This document shows, one piece after another, positions 1 to 10,224 of a stretch of DNA of 64,000 nt; position 1 is the first letter of the stretch, and every line of letters starts with the position of its first letter. The notes beneath the pieces are model-generated. The model was given only the letters and a program-made list of their open reading frames with translations. It had not been told where the DNA came from and searched no databases. The stretch is from a virus (taxonomy: Duplodnaviria; Heunggongvirae; Uroviricota; Caudoviricetes): positions 46,771 through 110,770 of IMG/VR virus record IMGVR_UViG_2974624538_000001. The stretch is one strand, 5' to 3'. The translations under genes and the position numbers were made by a program.

Positions 1-598
1 TGGCTTTTCCGCAAAGAAGGATATCATCGCGGTCCCAATGCACACCATTAAGGGAAAGCCAGTTGGGGTTATTGGTAGGCCAGCGGACAAGGAGAATAAG
101 TTCTTCAAGAATTCGCAAGGTTTGCCAACGAGCAAGACGCTATGGAATATTCATAGAGCAAAGCGACACGGTGAAGTGGTCATTGTGTGCGAAGCATCAT
201 TTGATGCAATGAGAATTCATCAAGCCGGGTTTCCCAATGTGGTTGCTTGTCTTGGAGGAAACTTCAGTCCGTATCACTTTGAGCAGTTGAATCGGCACTT
301 CAGTCGTGTTATTATTATGACTGACTTTGACAAGAAGGAAAAGCACATCTACAAGAATTGTAGAAAGTGTAAGAGGAAGGGTTACAATCTCTGTGTAGGC
401 CACAATCCTGGAAGAGACTTGGGTGCAACAATTGCGGCGGGCCTTCACAGGAAGGATATCCTATGGGCTTCTTACCAAGAAGGAATGGTATATCCTGGAA
501 TGGCCAAGGATGCTGGAGATATGACTGACGATGAAATTCGTCAGTGCCTCAAGAATGCGGTTCCAAACTTCGTATACGAGGGATGGAATTTGTACTGA
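1..598 (+). CDS. dnaG: DNA primase, C-terminal TOPRIM part (5'-truncated by window edge)
   Basis: TOPRIM motifs VIVCEASFDAMRIHQAGF (E..D) and IIMTDFDKKE (DxD) typical of DnaG-type primases; ORF runs off the 5' edge. Confidence 0.65.
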   Translation, partial: GFSAKKDIIAVPMHTIKGKPVGVIGRPADKENKFFKNSQGLPTSKTLWNIHRAKRHGEVVIVCEASFDAMRIHQAGFPNVVACLGGNFSPYHFEQLNRHFSRVIIMTDFDKKEKHIYKNCRKCKRKGYNLCVGHNPGRDLGATIAAGLHRKDILWASYQEGMVYPGMAKDAGDMTDDEIRQCLKNAVPNFVYEGWNLY

Positions 599-710
599 GG
601 GACGGGAGGAACATTCCTCCCAAGCTTGCCTTTGCGAGAGCGAAGGTGGTACAATAGTAATTAGTAGCCTCGGTAGTAGGCTCGAATATACATAGGAGAT
701 TATAAAACAA

Positions 711-1421
711 ATGGCAAAGGTTATTAAGGGACTCGCGTCCATTCAGGCAAACCAGAAGGCGCAGCAGGAGCGCGCTGAGGCAGGTAATCGCCCCAAGGCG
801 GATTGGTTCAAGTTTCCGAAGGGTCAGTCTAATGTGACTGTTCGTTTCCTTCAGGAGCTGGACCCTGGAATGGAGGGTTATCGTGAGGACCGTGGTATTG
901 GCTTCATTGCAACGGAGCACAATGCCCCTGGCCCGGATGGCTGGAAGCGTCGCGGACTGTGCACGGTTGACGATGGCGCATGTTACGCTTGTGAGCGTCA
1001 CAAGTTGGACTACAAGGCTGGTTGGAGGCAGAAGCAGAACCTTTACATCAATGTTCTCGCTGACCTCGGAGATGGGCCTAAGGTCTACATTCTGACTCGT
1101 AATGGAAACTCTGCCTTTGCTCAGTCTCTCATTGAAGAGGCTGTTCTTGAGGGAAGCATTACGAACGCAAACTTCCGAATCACCAAGACTGGTGAGGGTA
1201 CGTCTACTCAGTGGCTTCTCCGTCGAATGAAGGATGAGCCTTTCGATGACAGCAAGGTTGAGGTCTGGGACCTTGACAAGACTGCTGTTCGTGAGGTAGA
1301 GTACGAGAAGCAGCCGGAATACTACGGTGAGGTCGCCTCTGAGAGCGATGCACCTGCTACTTCCACTTCTAAGGCTTCTTCTTACACCCCGTCTACCAGC
1401 ACTGCTGACGACGAGTGGTGA
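711..1421 (+). CDS. ssDNA-binding protein, gp32-like (putative)
   Basis: His/Cys3 cluster (EHNAP...GLCTVDDGACYAC) with spacing like the T4 gp32 Zn site, acidic C-terminal tail ADDEW, position beside primase/polymerase. Confidence 0.4.
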   Translation: MAKVIKGLASIQANQKAQQERAEAGNRPKADWFKFPKGQSNVTVRFLQELDPGMEGYREDRGIGFIATEHNAPGPDGWKRRGLCTVDDGACYACERHKLDYKAGWRQKQNLYINVLADLGDGPKVYILTRNGNSAFAQSLIEEAVLEGSITNANFRITKTGEGTSTQWLLRRMKDEPFDDSKVEVWDLDKTAVREVEYEKQPEYYGEVASESDAPATSTSKASSYTPSTSTADDEW

Positions 1422-1433
1422 TGTGATTTAGCT

Positions 1434-1468
1434 GGAACCCCCGCTGTTGATTCGGCGGGGGTTCTTTG
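1434..1468 (+). terminator. rho-independent terminator
   Basis: GGAACCCCCGC-loop-GCGGGGGTTC followed by a T-rich tract. Confidence 0.6.
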
Positions 1469-1480
1469 CTATGATAGAGC

Positions 1481-1777
1481 ATGTTTGAATTTAGCGAAGA
1501 GTATAAGAGGTATATCGGTAGTGACCGATGGAAGCTTGTGTGTGCTAGATACTGGACAACGTTCGGCAGGAAGTGCCAGGCGTGTGGGTCCAGAAAAAAT
1601 CTGCACGTACATCATAATACCTATGAAAGGTTCGGCCGGGAGCGTTTGTCAGACCTTACAGGGGTTTGTCAGTCATGCCATAAGGTCATCCACGCGATTC
1701 ATCGGCGGGATAGACGAAAGAGCCTGAGGTCTGTTACACTAAGCTTCGTAAACAAAAAGAGATTGAGTCGTCTGTAG
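1481..1777 (+). CDS. HNH endonuclease
   Basis: HVHHNTYERFG...CQSCHKVIH HNH/zinc motif. Confidence 0.7.
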   Translation: MFEFSEEYKRYIGSDRWKLVCARYWTTFGRKCQACGSRKNLHVHHNTYERFGRERLSDLTGVCQSCHKVIHAIHRRDRRKSLRSVTLSFVNKKRLSRL

Positions 1778-1826
1778 CCCATGAGCCTATAAGCGCTATA
1801 GATTATGAAAATGAAAGGAAAAGGCT

Positions 1827-4800
1827 TTGGCATATACTGAATTGCATTTGCACGATTACTATTCAACTCTGGATGGTCTGAATTCTCCAGAGGAGTACAT
1901 GGTCCGTGCCAAGGAACTGGGAATGACCCACCTTGCACAGACTAATCACGGTACCCTTCTTGGCCACCGTGAATTCCAGAAGGCTGCTAATAGCGCCGGA
2001 ATTGTTCCCATCCTTGGCGTTGAGGCGTACATTTCGCCTACCGACCGGTTTGACCGTCGAGCTAAGGCTAAGCGTACTGACGGAACGAATGTTTACAACC
2101 ACCTTATCATTGTGTCTCAGAATGAGACTGGCCTGAAGACTCTTCAGACTCTCAATGAAAAGGCATGGACGGAGGGCTTTTACAACAAGCCACGTATCGA
2201 CATGGAACTGCTTGAGGAGCACAATGAGGGGCTTATCGTTCTTTCTGGCTGTCTCAACTCCATGCTCTGTAAGGCGATTGAGGCTGGTAATTACGAAGAG
2301 GCTGAAAGGATTGCGCTTGAGTTTAAGCGGATTCTTGGTGACCGATTCTACATTGAGGTCCAGGCTCACAATCCAGTCAAGATGAACGAGGCTCTGTTCA
2401 AGATTGCTGATGACAATGGCATTAAGCCTGTCGTAACTTCTGACTGTCATTATGCCAGGAAGGAAGACCTTTGGATTGAAGAGGCAATGCTAATTCTGTC
2501 TACAAATCCGAAGTTCAGCAAGGAATACGACTTCAGCAAGTCTCAGAAGATGGACATGCTTGAGCGGTTCAACTATCTCTATCCTGACCGCACGATGACA
2601 TTCGAGGAAATTCAGATTTATCTGAAGTCTGCCGAAGAGCAGCTTAATGACTTCAGGAGTCATGGATTCGACCGAGAAGACATTGTAAAGAATACGGAAG
2701 AGATTGCCTCTCGCATTGAGGAGTATCCTTTCCATCAGAATCTTGACCTTCTCCCGAAGCCCAAGAGTGGAAATCCTGATGACCTTCTGGAAAAGAAGGC
2801 GCGGGCGGGCCTGCGTAATCGTGGTCTGGATAAGAACCCTGAGTACGTTGCTCGTCTAGAAGAGGAATTGGAGATTATCAAGTCTAAGGACTTCTCCACC
2901 TACTTCCTTGTTGTTGCCAACATGATTAAGTGGGCAAAGGACCAGGGAATTTTGGTTGGTCCTGGCCGTGGTTCTGGTGCTGGTTCACTCGTGAATTACG
3001 CGCTTGGAATTACTGAGGTTGACCCAATTAAGTGGGGCTTGCTGTTCTTCCGATTCATCAATCCGGAACGAAATGACTTCCCTGACATTGACACCGACTT
3101 TGAGGACCGTAGGCGTAACGAGATTAAGGACTATCTAACCCGAAAGTTCACTCATGTTGCATCTATTGCCACGGTTGGTTATTTCAAGGATAAGGGTGTT
3201 GTTCGTGACGCTGCACGAGTTTTCCGAATTGACCCTAAGGAAACCGACGAGGCCCTTAAGACGATTGCAACCTTTGAAGAGTACCAGACTTCTTCTGCCA
3301 CAGAGGAATATCGAAAGAAGTATCCTGAGGTAGAGAAGTTGGCGAATGAGCTTCGTGGTCGTATTCGTCAGACTGGTATGCACGCGGCCGGTATCGTAAT
3401 CTCTAAGGAACCTATTGCAAAGTACGCTCCGATTGAGACTGCTGCTGACCCGAAGGATAAGACAGCTCCGCGACGTGCTCTTGTGGCTTTGGACATGAAT
3501 GAGGCTGCTGACCTTGGCCTTATTAAGTTGGATGCTCTTGGATTGAAGACGCTTTCTGTTATGGGTGACGCTTTGGCAATGATTGAGAAGCGACACGGCA
3601 GGAAGATTGTCTTGACAGACATCCCTCTTGAAGACCCTAAGGTGTACAGCATGATTTCTGCCGGACATACAAAGGGAATCTTCCAGTGTGAGGCTACGCC
3701 GTATACTGGTCTTATCATGAATATGGGTGGTGTGAATTCATTCGCTGAGCTTGCAGCGTCTAACGCTCTTGTTCGGCCGGGTGCTATGAATACCATTGGT
3801 GCTGAGTACATCGCTCGAAAGAACGGTGAATCTGCTGTCACCTTCCCTCATGAAGACATGCGTTGGTTTACCGAAGAGACGTATGGTGAGATTCTTTATC
3901 AGGAGCAGGTTATGCTTACCATGACCGAGCTTGCTGGAATGTCTATGGCTACTGCTGATAAGGTTAGGAAGATTATCGGTAAGAAGAAGGATGCTCGTGA
4001 ATTCGACGCATATCGTGACGAGTTTATCCAGGGCGCTTCTAAGAAGGTTTCAAAGGCTGTGGCTGAAAAGCTCTGGCATGACTTTGAGGCTCACGCTGGA
4101 TACTCCTTCAACAAGAGCCACGCTGTGGCTTACTCGATGATTTCCTACTGGACTGCATGGCTCAAGACGTACTACCCAGTTGAGTTCATTTATGCTATGA
4201 TGAAGAACGAGAACGACAAGGACGTTCGAACCACGTACCTTATTGAAGCCAAGCGTATTGGTGTGAAGGTGAAGTTGCCTCACGTCAATCATTCCGAGCT
4301 TGACTTTTCCGTTGAGGATGATGGTATTCGATTCGGACTGGCAAACATCAAGTTCATTTCAGATAATCTCGGAAAGAAGTTGATTGATTCACGACCTTAC
4401 GAGAATTACGCTGCCCTAGAGGCAAAGGTGATGGAAAAGGGTAACGGGCTCAATATCAGGGTTCTCAAGTCTCTGAATGCAATTGGAGCGGCCACTTTTG
4501 TGGACAATCCTAAGCGAGGAGATGAGAGGCATTACTTCTACGAGTATCTGAGCATTCCTGCGTTCGAGGTGCCAGATATGCCTCCGGGTGTTCGTGACCA
4601 ATTCACTCCACTGAGTGAGTTCCGTGAAGATGAAACCAGTATTATCATGGGAATGGTTAAGAATGTGAAGCGTGGCAAGGGATGGTCTAGAATTGAAGTG
4701 GTGGACGAAACTGGAGAGGCGTCGTTCTTCCACAAGGAAGATACGCTAATTGCTCCCGGTAACATGTATGCTATGCTGATTGCAAACAAGAGATTGGCTA

Positions 4801-5117
4801 GATATGTGGAAGCGAGTGATTTTGTCCGGGGTTCGCAGAACACCTTTGTGAGATTCGTATACACAAGGTCTTTCAATACGCTAACGGACGGATTCTACTA
4901 TGTTGTTTCCAATCAGACTCGAAAGACAAAGGCTGGAAAGAACATGGCTGACCTAGTTCTGGCGGATGCGGAAAAGAACTTGTACCCGGTGCTAGCATTT
5001 CCACAGATGTTCCATAAGGCTTATGGCTACTGTAAGGAAGGTGCCACGGTCGAAGCAACACTAAAGAAGACTCAGGACGGAGATAGTTACTTCCTTGATG
5101 AAGTGATTCCGCGTTGA
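1827..5117 (+). CDS. dnaE: DNA polymerase III alpha subunit (DnaE-type replicative polymerase)
   Basis: N-terminal PHP domain (LHLHDYYSTLDG), polymerase core motif GPGRGSGAGSLVNYALGITEVDP, 1096 aa. Confidence 0.9.
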   Translation: MAYTELHLHDYYSTLDGLNSPEEYMVRAKELGMTHLAQTNHGTLLGHREFQKAANSAGIVPILGVEAYISPTDRFDRRAKAKRTDGTNVYNHLIIVSQNETGLKTLQTLNEKAWTEGFYNKPRIDMELLEEHNEGLIVLSGCLNSMLCKAIEAGNYEEAERIALEFKRILGDRFYIEVQAHNPVKMNEALFKIADDNGIKPVVTSDCHYARKEDLWIEEAMLILSTNPKFSKEYDFSKSQKMDMLERFNYLYPDRTMTFEEIQIYLKSAEEQLNDFRSHGFDREDIVKNTEEIASRIEEYPFHQNLDLLPKPKSGNPDDLLEKKARAGLRNRGLDKNPEYVARLEEELEIIKSKDFSTYFLVVANMIKWAKDQGILVGPGRGSGAGSLVNYALGITEVDPIKWGLLFFRFINPERNDFPDIDTDFEDRRRNEIKDYLTRKFTHVASIATVGYFKDKGVVRDAARVFRIDPKETDEALKTIATFEEYQTSSATEEYRKKYPEVEKLANELRGRIRQTGMHAAGIVISKEPIAKYAPIETAADPKDKTAPRRALVALDMNEAADLGLIKLDALGLKTLSVMGDALAMIEKRHGRKIVLTDIPLEDPKVYSMISAGHTKGIFQCEATPYTGLIMNMGGVNSFAELAASNALVRPGAMNTIGAEYIARKNGESAVTFPHEDMRWFTEETYGEILYQEQVMLTMTELAGMSMATADKVRKIIGKKKDAREFDAYRDEFIQGASKKVSKAVAEKLWHDFEAHAGYSFNKSHAVAYSMISYWTAWLKTYYPVEFIYAMMKNENDKDVRTTYLIEAKRIGVKVKLPHVNHSELDFSVEDDGIRFGLANIKFISDNLGKKLIDSRPYENYAALEAKVMEKGNGLNIRVLKSLNAIGAATFVDNPKRGDERHYFYEYLSIPAFEVPDMPPGVRDQFTPLSEFREDETSIIMGMVKNVKRGKGWSRIEVVDETGEASFFHKEDTLIAPGNMYAMLIANKRLARYVEASDFVRGSQNTFVRFVYTRSFNTLTDGFYYVVSNQTRKTKAGKNMADLVLADAEKNLYPVLAFPQMFHKAYGYCKEGATVEATLKKTQDGDSYFLDEVIPR

Positions 5118-5161
5118 GTTAGCGGCCCTTCGGGGCCGCAAGCTTTCTTGTAAGGAGGAAT

Positions 5162-5353
5162 ATGGCTGAGGAGCCTACGCAAATTGACCTTGCTCCATTT
5201 CTGGCGGCGGCGGTAGAGGAGGCAGGCGGAGAAATCCGAATTCCCTACGACGTATTTAGAAGTCAGGTTGGAGAGAAGGCTCTTGCAATTGATATTGAAG
5301 ATGACGGAGCAACGCTAGTTCTCCGAGTAGTAGATGGGATTCCAAATGAGTGA
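5162..5353 (+). CDS. hypothetical protein
   Basis: ORF with AAGGAGG RBS directly downstream of a hairpin+AAGCTT element. Confidence 0.4.
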   Translation: MAEEPTQIDLAPFLAAAVEEAGGEIRIPYDVFRSQVGEKALAIDIEDDGATLVLRVVDGIPNE

Positions 5354-5702
5354 TTACAGCATGTCAATGAATCAGTACCAGGACTTTACGCTTGATACAG
5401 CTATGTATCCTGGTGCTGGAGAGGGTGACCTTCAGGCCATCCTTTACACAACCCTTGGTCTCGCTGGAGAGGCTGGAGAAATTCCTAACAAGGTCAAGAA
5501 AATCCTCCGGGATGACAACGGCGTTCTGACTGAGGAGAAGCGTAAGGCAATTCTTGACGAGGTTGGTGACGTGCTTTGGTACGCTGCCCGACTTGCTCAC
5601 GAACTAGGTGCCCGTCTTGGTGACATTGCCGAGGCTAATGTCGATAAGTTGGACGACCGAGCAAATCGTGGAGTTATCCAGGGTAGTGGAGACTACCGCT
5701 AA
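5334..5702 (+). CDS. mazG: MazG-like nucleoside triphosphate pyrophosphohydrolase
   Basis: MazG motifs LGLAGEAGE, EVGDVLWY, LGDIAEANVDKLDDR. Confidence 0.7.
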   Translation: MGFQMSDYSMSMNQYQDFTLDTAMYPGAGEGDLQAILYTTLGLAGEAGEIPNKVKKILRDDNGVLTEEKRKAILDEVGDVLWYAARLAHELGARLGDIAEANVDKLDDRANRGVIQGSGDYR

Positions 5703-5718
5703 CTGGTATAATCATAGT

Positions 5719-5919
5719 ATGATGAACGGCTACTTCCTCAGGGGAATCACAGAAGATAACATTCTGGTTTTCAGAAGTGATGACCCTGAGGAACTTCTGC
5801 GAATTATCAAGCGACTATGCGCCAGCCGCGATAAACAAATTAGAGCGCTTGCCCAGCAACTAGAAATCGACTGGAATAGTCGAGAAAATACAAGAAAAGG
5901 TAATAATCGTAACAGATGA
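5719..5919 (+). CDS. hypothetical small protein
   Basis: in-frame ATG inside the longer 5608 ORF, avoiding overlap with MazG. Confidence 0.3.
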   Translation: MMNGYFLRGITEDNILVFRSDDPEELLRIIKRLCASRDKQIRALAQQLEIDWNSRENTRKGNNRNR

Positions 5920-6938
5920 GTTTTGAAGATTTCATGTCGAGATTGGACCCCAAGACTGCCAAGCGTCTTAAGGTTGCTCAGGAGATTGAGACTGTACAGC
6001 TCCCTCTTGCAAGCATTGGTCTAACGCACGCTTTGAATGGAGGAATCGGAACCGGTAGGGTTTCTACCTTCTACGGTAATCAGAGTAGTGGTAAGTCTCT
6101 CGTTCTCATGCAGACAATTGGTTTGCTTCAGAGGCAGGGATTCGTATGCGCATATGCAGACGCGGAAGGTACCTACACAAAGGAATTCGGTAAGCGTCTT
6201 GGTATCAACAATGATGAGTTGATTTATGTACGAAAGAAGTCAACAGGTGCAATGACTGACAGTATTATCCCGTATATTGAGGCGGGAGTTGATTTCATGG
6301 TGATTGACAGTATTAGTGATTTGCTTCCTGAGGTTTTCGTTGGAACTGATGGAAATGTAAAGGAATTCGCGGATATGAAGCAGATTGGTGCTCACGCAAA
6401 GTCTATTACAGCAATGCTTAATGCAATTCACTATGCTAATGAAAAAACGGCGGTTGCTCTTGTCAGTCAGACAACTACCAAGATTGAGTCAACCTATGTA
6501 CAGCAGGTTCCTCACGGAGGCCAGAAGGTTCTATTTGGTTCTTCTCAGATTGTAAAGTTGACGTCAAGCAATACCGACGCCAAGCAAATTAAGGGCATGG
6601 TTCAGCAAGGAGACCGATTGGTTGAAAAGCCTATCGGTCGTAGAGTTGACCTACTCGTTGAAAAGAACAAGTTGGGACCGCAGCATCGCCGCTGTGCATA
6701 CGATATGTATTACGATGGTCCCCAGGTAGGCGTAGACCTTGCGGGTGAAGTATTCGACCTTGCTGTAGATTTCGGTATTGTAAACAAGTCTGGCGCATGG
6801 TTTAATTACAATGACAAGACTGTTTACACTCAGGGACGACCAGCGTTCCTTGAGGAAATCAAGAAGGACGATGAACTATATTCACAGCTAAAGAAGGAGG
6901 TCAACATCGCTCTAAACGGTGGTGTTATTGACGAGTGA
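5916..6938 (+). CDS. recA: RecA-like recombinase
   Basis: Walker A GNQSSGKS, RecA-like core (CAYADAEGTYTKEFGKRLGIN..., DFMVIDSISDL). Confidence 0.85.
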   Translation: MSFEDFMSRLDPKTAKRLKVAQEIETVQLPLASIGLTHALNGGIGTGRVSTFYGNQSSGKSLVLMQTIGLLQRQGFVCAYADAEGTYTKEFGKRLGINNDELIYVRKKSTGAMTDSIIPYIEAGVDFMVIDSISDLLPEVFVGTDGNVKEFADMKQIGAHAKSITAMLNAIHYANEKTAVALVSQTTTKIESTYVQQVPHGGQKVLFGSSQIVKLTSSNTDAKQIKGMVQQGDRLVEKPIGRRVDLLVEKNKLGPQHRRCAYDMYYDGPQVGVDLAGEVFDLAVDFGIVNKSGAWFNYNDKTVYTQGRPAFLEEIKKDDELYSQLKKEVNIALNGGVIDE

Positions 6939-7126
6939 AGTTTAGTGAATTTGTTGCTCAGGAGCAGGAAGCGGAAGCCCCAAAGGGTATGGCTATTGAT
7001 GGCGGATTTAGTTGTCAGACCTGCTATGAGCAAGTTGATGAGGCGGAATATTTTCGTCTAGAAAAGATTTTGAAGTGGAAGTGTTCGGAGGGACACATTT
7101 CCTATGTTGAGGAATTTGTTCTCTGA
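6935..7126 (+). CDS. hypothetical Cys-containing small protein
   Basis: CxxC...C..H pattern. Confidence 0.3.
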   Translation: MKFSEFVAQEQEAEAPKGMAIDGGFSCQTCYEQVDEAEYFRLEKILKWKCSEGHISYVEEFVL

Positions 7127-7237
7127 GATTACAGAGAACGTAAGTCTATTTCTCGGCGGTATGCTTTTGGGGGTGGCTTTGGGAATCATTGCCACCCTCA
7201 TTGGCGTTACGGCTTATATGAATAAGGATAAAGAATA

Positions 7238-7465
7238 ATGTGGTGGTCATGGATTTTGACCGCTGTCGGAGTGACAGGTCTGTATTTTGCAGGCAAGAAC
7301 AATAAAATTGGTTGGGCCATCGGGATTTTTGCTCAGACCTTGTGGACAGCCTATGCTCTGACGACAGAGCAGTATGGATTCCTGGTCTCAGCTTTTGCCT
7401 ATGGTTGGGTTTATGTAAAGAATTATCTAGCATGGAGGAAAATTGAGCGAAGCGGAAGAGATTAA
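7238..7465 (+). CDS. small membrane protein
   Basis: two hydrophobic helices (WWSWILTAVGVTGLYFA, GFLVSAFAYGWVYV). Confidence 0.4.
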   Translation: MWWSWILTAVGVTGLYFAGKNNKIGWAIGIFAQTLWTAYALTTEQYGFLVSAFAYGWVYVKNYLAWRKIERSGRD

Positions 7466-7751
7466 GCGAGACGGCGCTACGCCTGTGAAAAATTCCGGGC
7501 GGGGTCTGCACAAGGGAGATGCCATTCTTGAACCGTTTCTGGTAGACTATAAGGAATACAGCAAGTCCTTTGGTGTGACTCAGGAGATGTGGGCAAAGGT
7601 TTCTACAGATTCAATCAAGAACGGTCGTAGACAGCCTGCCCTAAAGTTGGTCATTGGTAAGGAAGGTGAGGTTCGTACCCGCCTTTGGGTTATCGGTGAC
7701 AAGATGTTCCATGAGATGCTAGAGGCATGGAAGGAAAAGTATGACGTGTGA
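7443..7751 (+). CDS. hypothetical protein, possible PD-(D/E)XK-type nuclease
   Basis: GDAILEPFLVDYK resembles a D...(D/E)xK motif; weak. Confidence 0.3.
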   Translation: MSEAEEIKRDGATPVKNSGRGLHKGDAILEPFLVDYKEYSKSFGVTQEMWAKVSTDSIKNGRRQPALKLVIGKEGEVRTRLWVIGDKMFHEMLEAWKEKYDV

Positions 7752-7944
7752 ATATGAAGATGGTTGCTGTGACACTTGCGACGGAAAGGGAACATCATAT
7801 GATGAGCAAACGAGTGGCAAGTGTTGGGATTGCAGAGGAACAGGTCACGTTCATGTAATCGTGGAAGTTCGAGGAGTAATTACAGCAGACCAAATCAATC
7901 GTGAGATTGGTAGAATGATTCAGCAGAGTTCGAGGTTTAGGTGA
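7741..7944 (+). CDS. DnaJ-type CxxCxGxG zinc-finger protein
   Basis: CDTCDGKG...CWDCRGTG repeats. Confidence 0.5.
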   Translation: MTCEYEDGCCDTCDGKGTSYDEQTSGKCWDCRGTGHVHVIVEVRGVITADQINREIGRMIQQSSRFR

Positions 7945-8270
7945 CAGACGAGAATCCACTAGAGACTGTCTCTGTTCTAACAGAGTTCAATGATTTGACT
8001 GAGTTCATGCAGGACGACCAGCTTGACCGTGCTCTTGAACTGGCAATCAAATGTATCGCACAGCCGGATATTGCGGCTGTAAAGGCTCCACGACTAATTG
8101 TTGAGCTTCAGGCAATTTCCTTCAAGTTCGCTGTGAAGGCCGTTGAGTACGCAACCATTAAGAAGGACCGGGCGGGTACAGACAACAACCATCGCAAGAA
8201 CGTTTATTACTCAACCAAGGAAGCATTGGACCGATTGGTAGACGCATTGAAGTACGCTGCTAGAGCGTAA
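7941..8270 (+). CDS. hypothetical protein
   Basis: ORF, start overlaps upstream stop (ATGA). Confidence 0.45.
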   Translation: MTDENPLETVSVLTEFNDLTEFMQDDQLDRALELAIKCIAQPDIAAVKAPRLIVELQAISFKFAVKAVEYATIKKDRAGTDNNHRKNVYYSTKEALDRLVDALKYAARA

Positions 8271-8330
8271 ACTAGTCAACCAAGATTTAATGTGTTACAA
8301 TGGTTATACAATAAACAAGATAGGAATTAA

Positions 8331-9113
8331 ATGAAGCGAGAGATTATCCAGGGTCTCAAGTTTCGTAAGCAGCCCGAGGGTTTCGATGCCAATGAGCTTT
8401 CCGAAATCCTTGAGGCTGCCTATATGAAGCAGCGACGCCCTAATAAGCATACACAGAAGAAGACATTTTCACCCAGTACCATTGGTTACGGTCATGGAAC
8501 CTGCCCAAGGTATTGGTTTCTTGCGTTTACTGGCGGGATGTTTGTAGAGACAGTAGATGCATTGGGAATTGCCAATATGTCTAATGGAACACAGGCTCAC
8601 GAACGTATTGAGAAGTTGTTTGATGAGTCCGGAATTCGCCTAGGAAATGAAATTGAGATTACTATGTCGGACCCGCCTGTGCGCGGATTTGCTGACGTAG
8701 AAATCAATTGGAAGGGCGAAGAGGTAATTGGTGAAATCAAGACAACGCGACAAGAGTCTTTCCTTGTCCGACAGGCAACAATGAAGCCAACACCAAATCA
8801 CCTTTTCCAGATTCTCATTTACATGAAGGCAAGAAATCGTAAGATGGGTTTCCTCTTGTATGAAAACAAGAATTCACAGGAATTCCTCATTCTTCCAATT
8901 GAGATGAATGAAACTAATGAGAAGATTGTCGATAATGCGCTTGATTGGATGAGAGAGACCTATAAGGCGTATACTGACGGCAATGTTCCGAACAGACCAT
9001 TGCAGAAGCGCAGCAAGATTTGTAAGGGCTGCCCATTTTACGAATGGTGCTGGAGTGACGATTCTCCTGAGGGAACGATTGATATTCCTGTAATGGAGGT
9101 TCCGAAGATTTGA
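8331..9113 (+). CDS. Cas4/RecB-family PD-(D/E)XK exonuclease with Fe-S cysteine cluster
   Basis: N-terminal CPRYW and C-terminal CKGCPFYEWC cysteines; DVEINWKGEEVIGEIKT (D..E.K) nuclease core. Confidence 0.65.
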   Translation: MKREIIQGLKFRKQPEGFDANELSEILEAAYMKQRRPNKHTQKKTFSPSTIGYGHGTCPRYWFLAFTGGMFVETVDALGIANMSNGTQAHERIEKLFDESGIRLGNEIEITMSDPPVRGFADVEINWKGEEVIGEIKTTRQESFLVRQATMKPTPNHLFQILIYMKARNRKMGFLLYENKNSQEFLILPIEMNETNEKIVDNALDWMRETYKAYTDGNVPNRPLQKRSKICKGCPFYEWCWSDDSPEGTIDIPVMEVPKI

Positions 9114-9391
9114 TTACGTGTGCATACGCTGAGTGTGGTCGTTTGTTTGAGGCAAAGACGCATAATCAGCGTTATTGTTCAGACGAATGTTGCCGGAAGG
9201 CGACCAATGCTCGATTGATGGAGCAATACTACGAAAAGAAGGCTCGTAGACAGGGCCACATTCGTGTATGCAAAAACTCTGACTGTAACACAAGACTGTC
9301 TAGATACAATGACAGCAATGAGTGTCAGAGTTGTGCTGCGGCCAAGGAAACTGAGCGCCGCAAGCAGTTGTTTAATCTTGTAGGAATTTAA
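9110..9391 (+). CDS. Cys-rich zinc-ribbon protein
   Basis: multiple CxxC pairs. Confidence 0.4.
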   Translation: MITCAYAECGRLFEAKTHNQRYCSDECCRKATNARLMEQYYEKKARRQGHIRVCKNSDCNTRLSRYNDSNECQSCAAAKETERRKQLFNLVGI

Positions 9392-9392
9392 T

Positions 9393-9980
9393 ATGTCACT
9401 GCTAGACCTGAAGAAGACCAAGGCGAGTAGGGTGATGGGGATTGACTGTTCCACCCACTCGCTCGCTTTTACCATCTTCTACAATAGAAGGCCCATCAAG
9501 TGGGGCAAGATTATTTTTGAAGGCGCTGACGTTTTTGACAGGCTGGAGGATGCAGCAAATAAGCTCCGGGCCGTCAAGGACGAGTTTGATGTTGACTACA
9601 TCGCCTTTGAGAGCGCCATCCTTGCCCGCACGAAGAATGCCGACGTGACAATCAAGTTGGCGATGGTGTATGGTGCTTGTATCGCAGAGTTGATGCGGAA
9701 GGGTGTTAAGGTAGTTACCGTTAAGCCATTGACGTGGCAGTCGTATATTGGTAATCCAAACTTTAAGCCTGCCGAGAAGGCTGCGTTGAAGGTTCAATTT
9801 CCAGATAAGTCAGCTTCCTGGTATTCAGCAAAAATTAGAGAACTTCGGAAGCAAAGAACTATGGATTACTTCAACAAGAAGTGGCCTCACATGGAGCTAA
9901 CAGATAATGATGTTGGCGACTCTGCGGGAATTGCTTACTATGCCTACTACAGTTTGACAACTCGTGGTAAGGTAGATTGA
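9393..9980 (+). CDS. RuvC-like Holliday junction resolvase
   Basis: RNase H-fold start VMGIDCSTHSLAF, C-terminal DSAGIA catalytic Asp motif. Confidence 0.65.
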   Translation: MSLLDLKKTKASRVMGIDCSTHSLAFTIFYNRRPIKWGKIIFEGADVFDRLEDAANKLRAVKDEFDVDYIAFESAILARTKNADVTIKLAMVYGACIAELMRKGVKVVTVKPLTWQSYIGNPNFKPAEKAALKVQFPDKSASWYSAKIRELRKQRTMDYFNKKWPHMELTDNDVGDSAGIAYYAYYSLTTRGKVD

Positions 9981-10014
9981 GCAATAGGGCTTCGGCCCAA
10001 GCTTAGGAGGGAAC

Positions 10015-10224
10015 ATGTCAGATTATATAGATTGTGATGCGTGTGATTGGGTTGACATCGGAGTAGGAATGCAAATGGTTCGTCCTGACCATTTCTGCCG
10101 GGTTAAGAGTCACCGAATTGATGCGTATGCATATTATGATGAATTGCGTGGTCAAGAGCTTATTGATGCAGTGGAAGAGAATTGGCCACCTTACTGGAAT
10201 ACTTCATTGGAGAGTATTGAATGA
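10015..10224 (+). CDS. hypothetical protein
   Basis: ORF after hairpin+AAGCTT+RBS. Confidence 0.4.
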   Translation: MSDYIDCDACDWVDIGVGMQMVRPDHFCRVKSHRIDAYAYYDELRGQELIDAVEENWPPYWNTSLESIE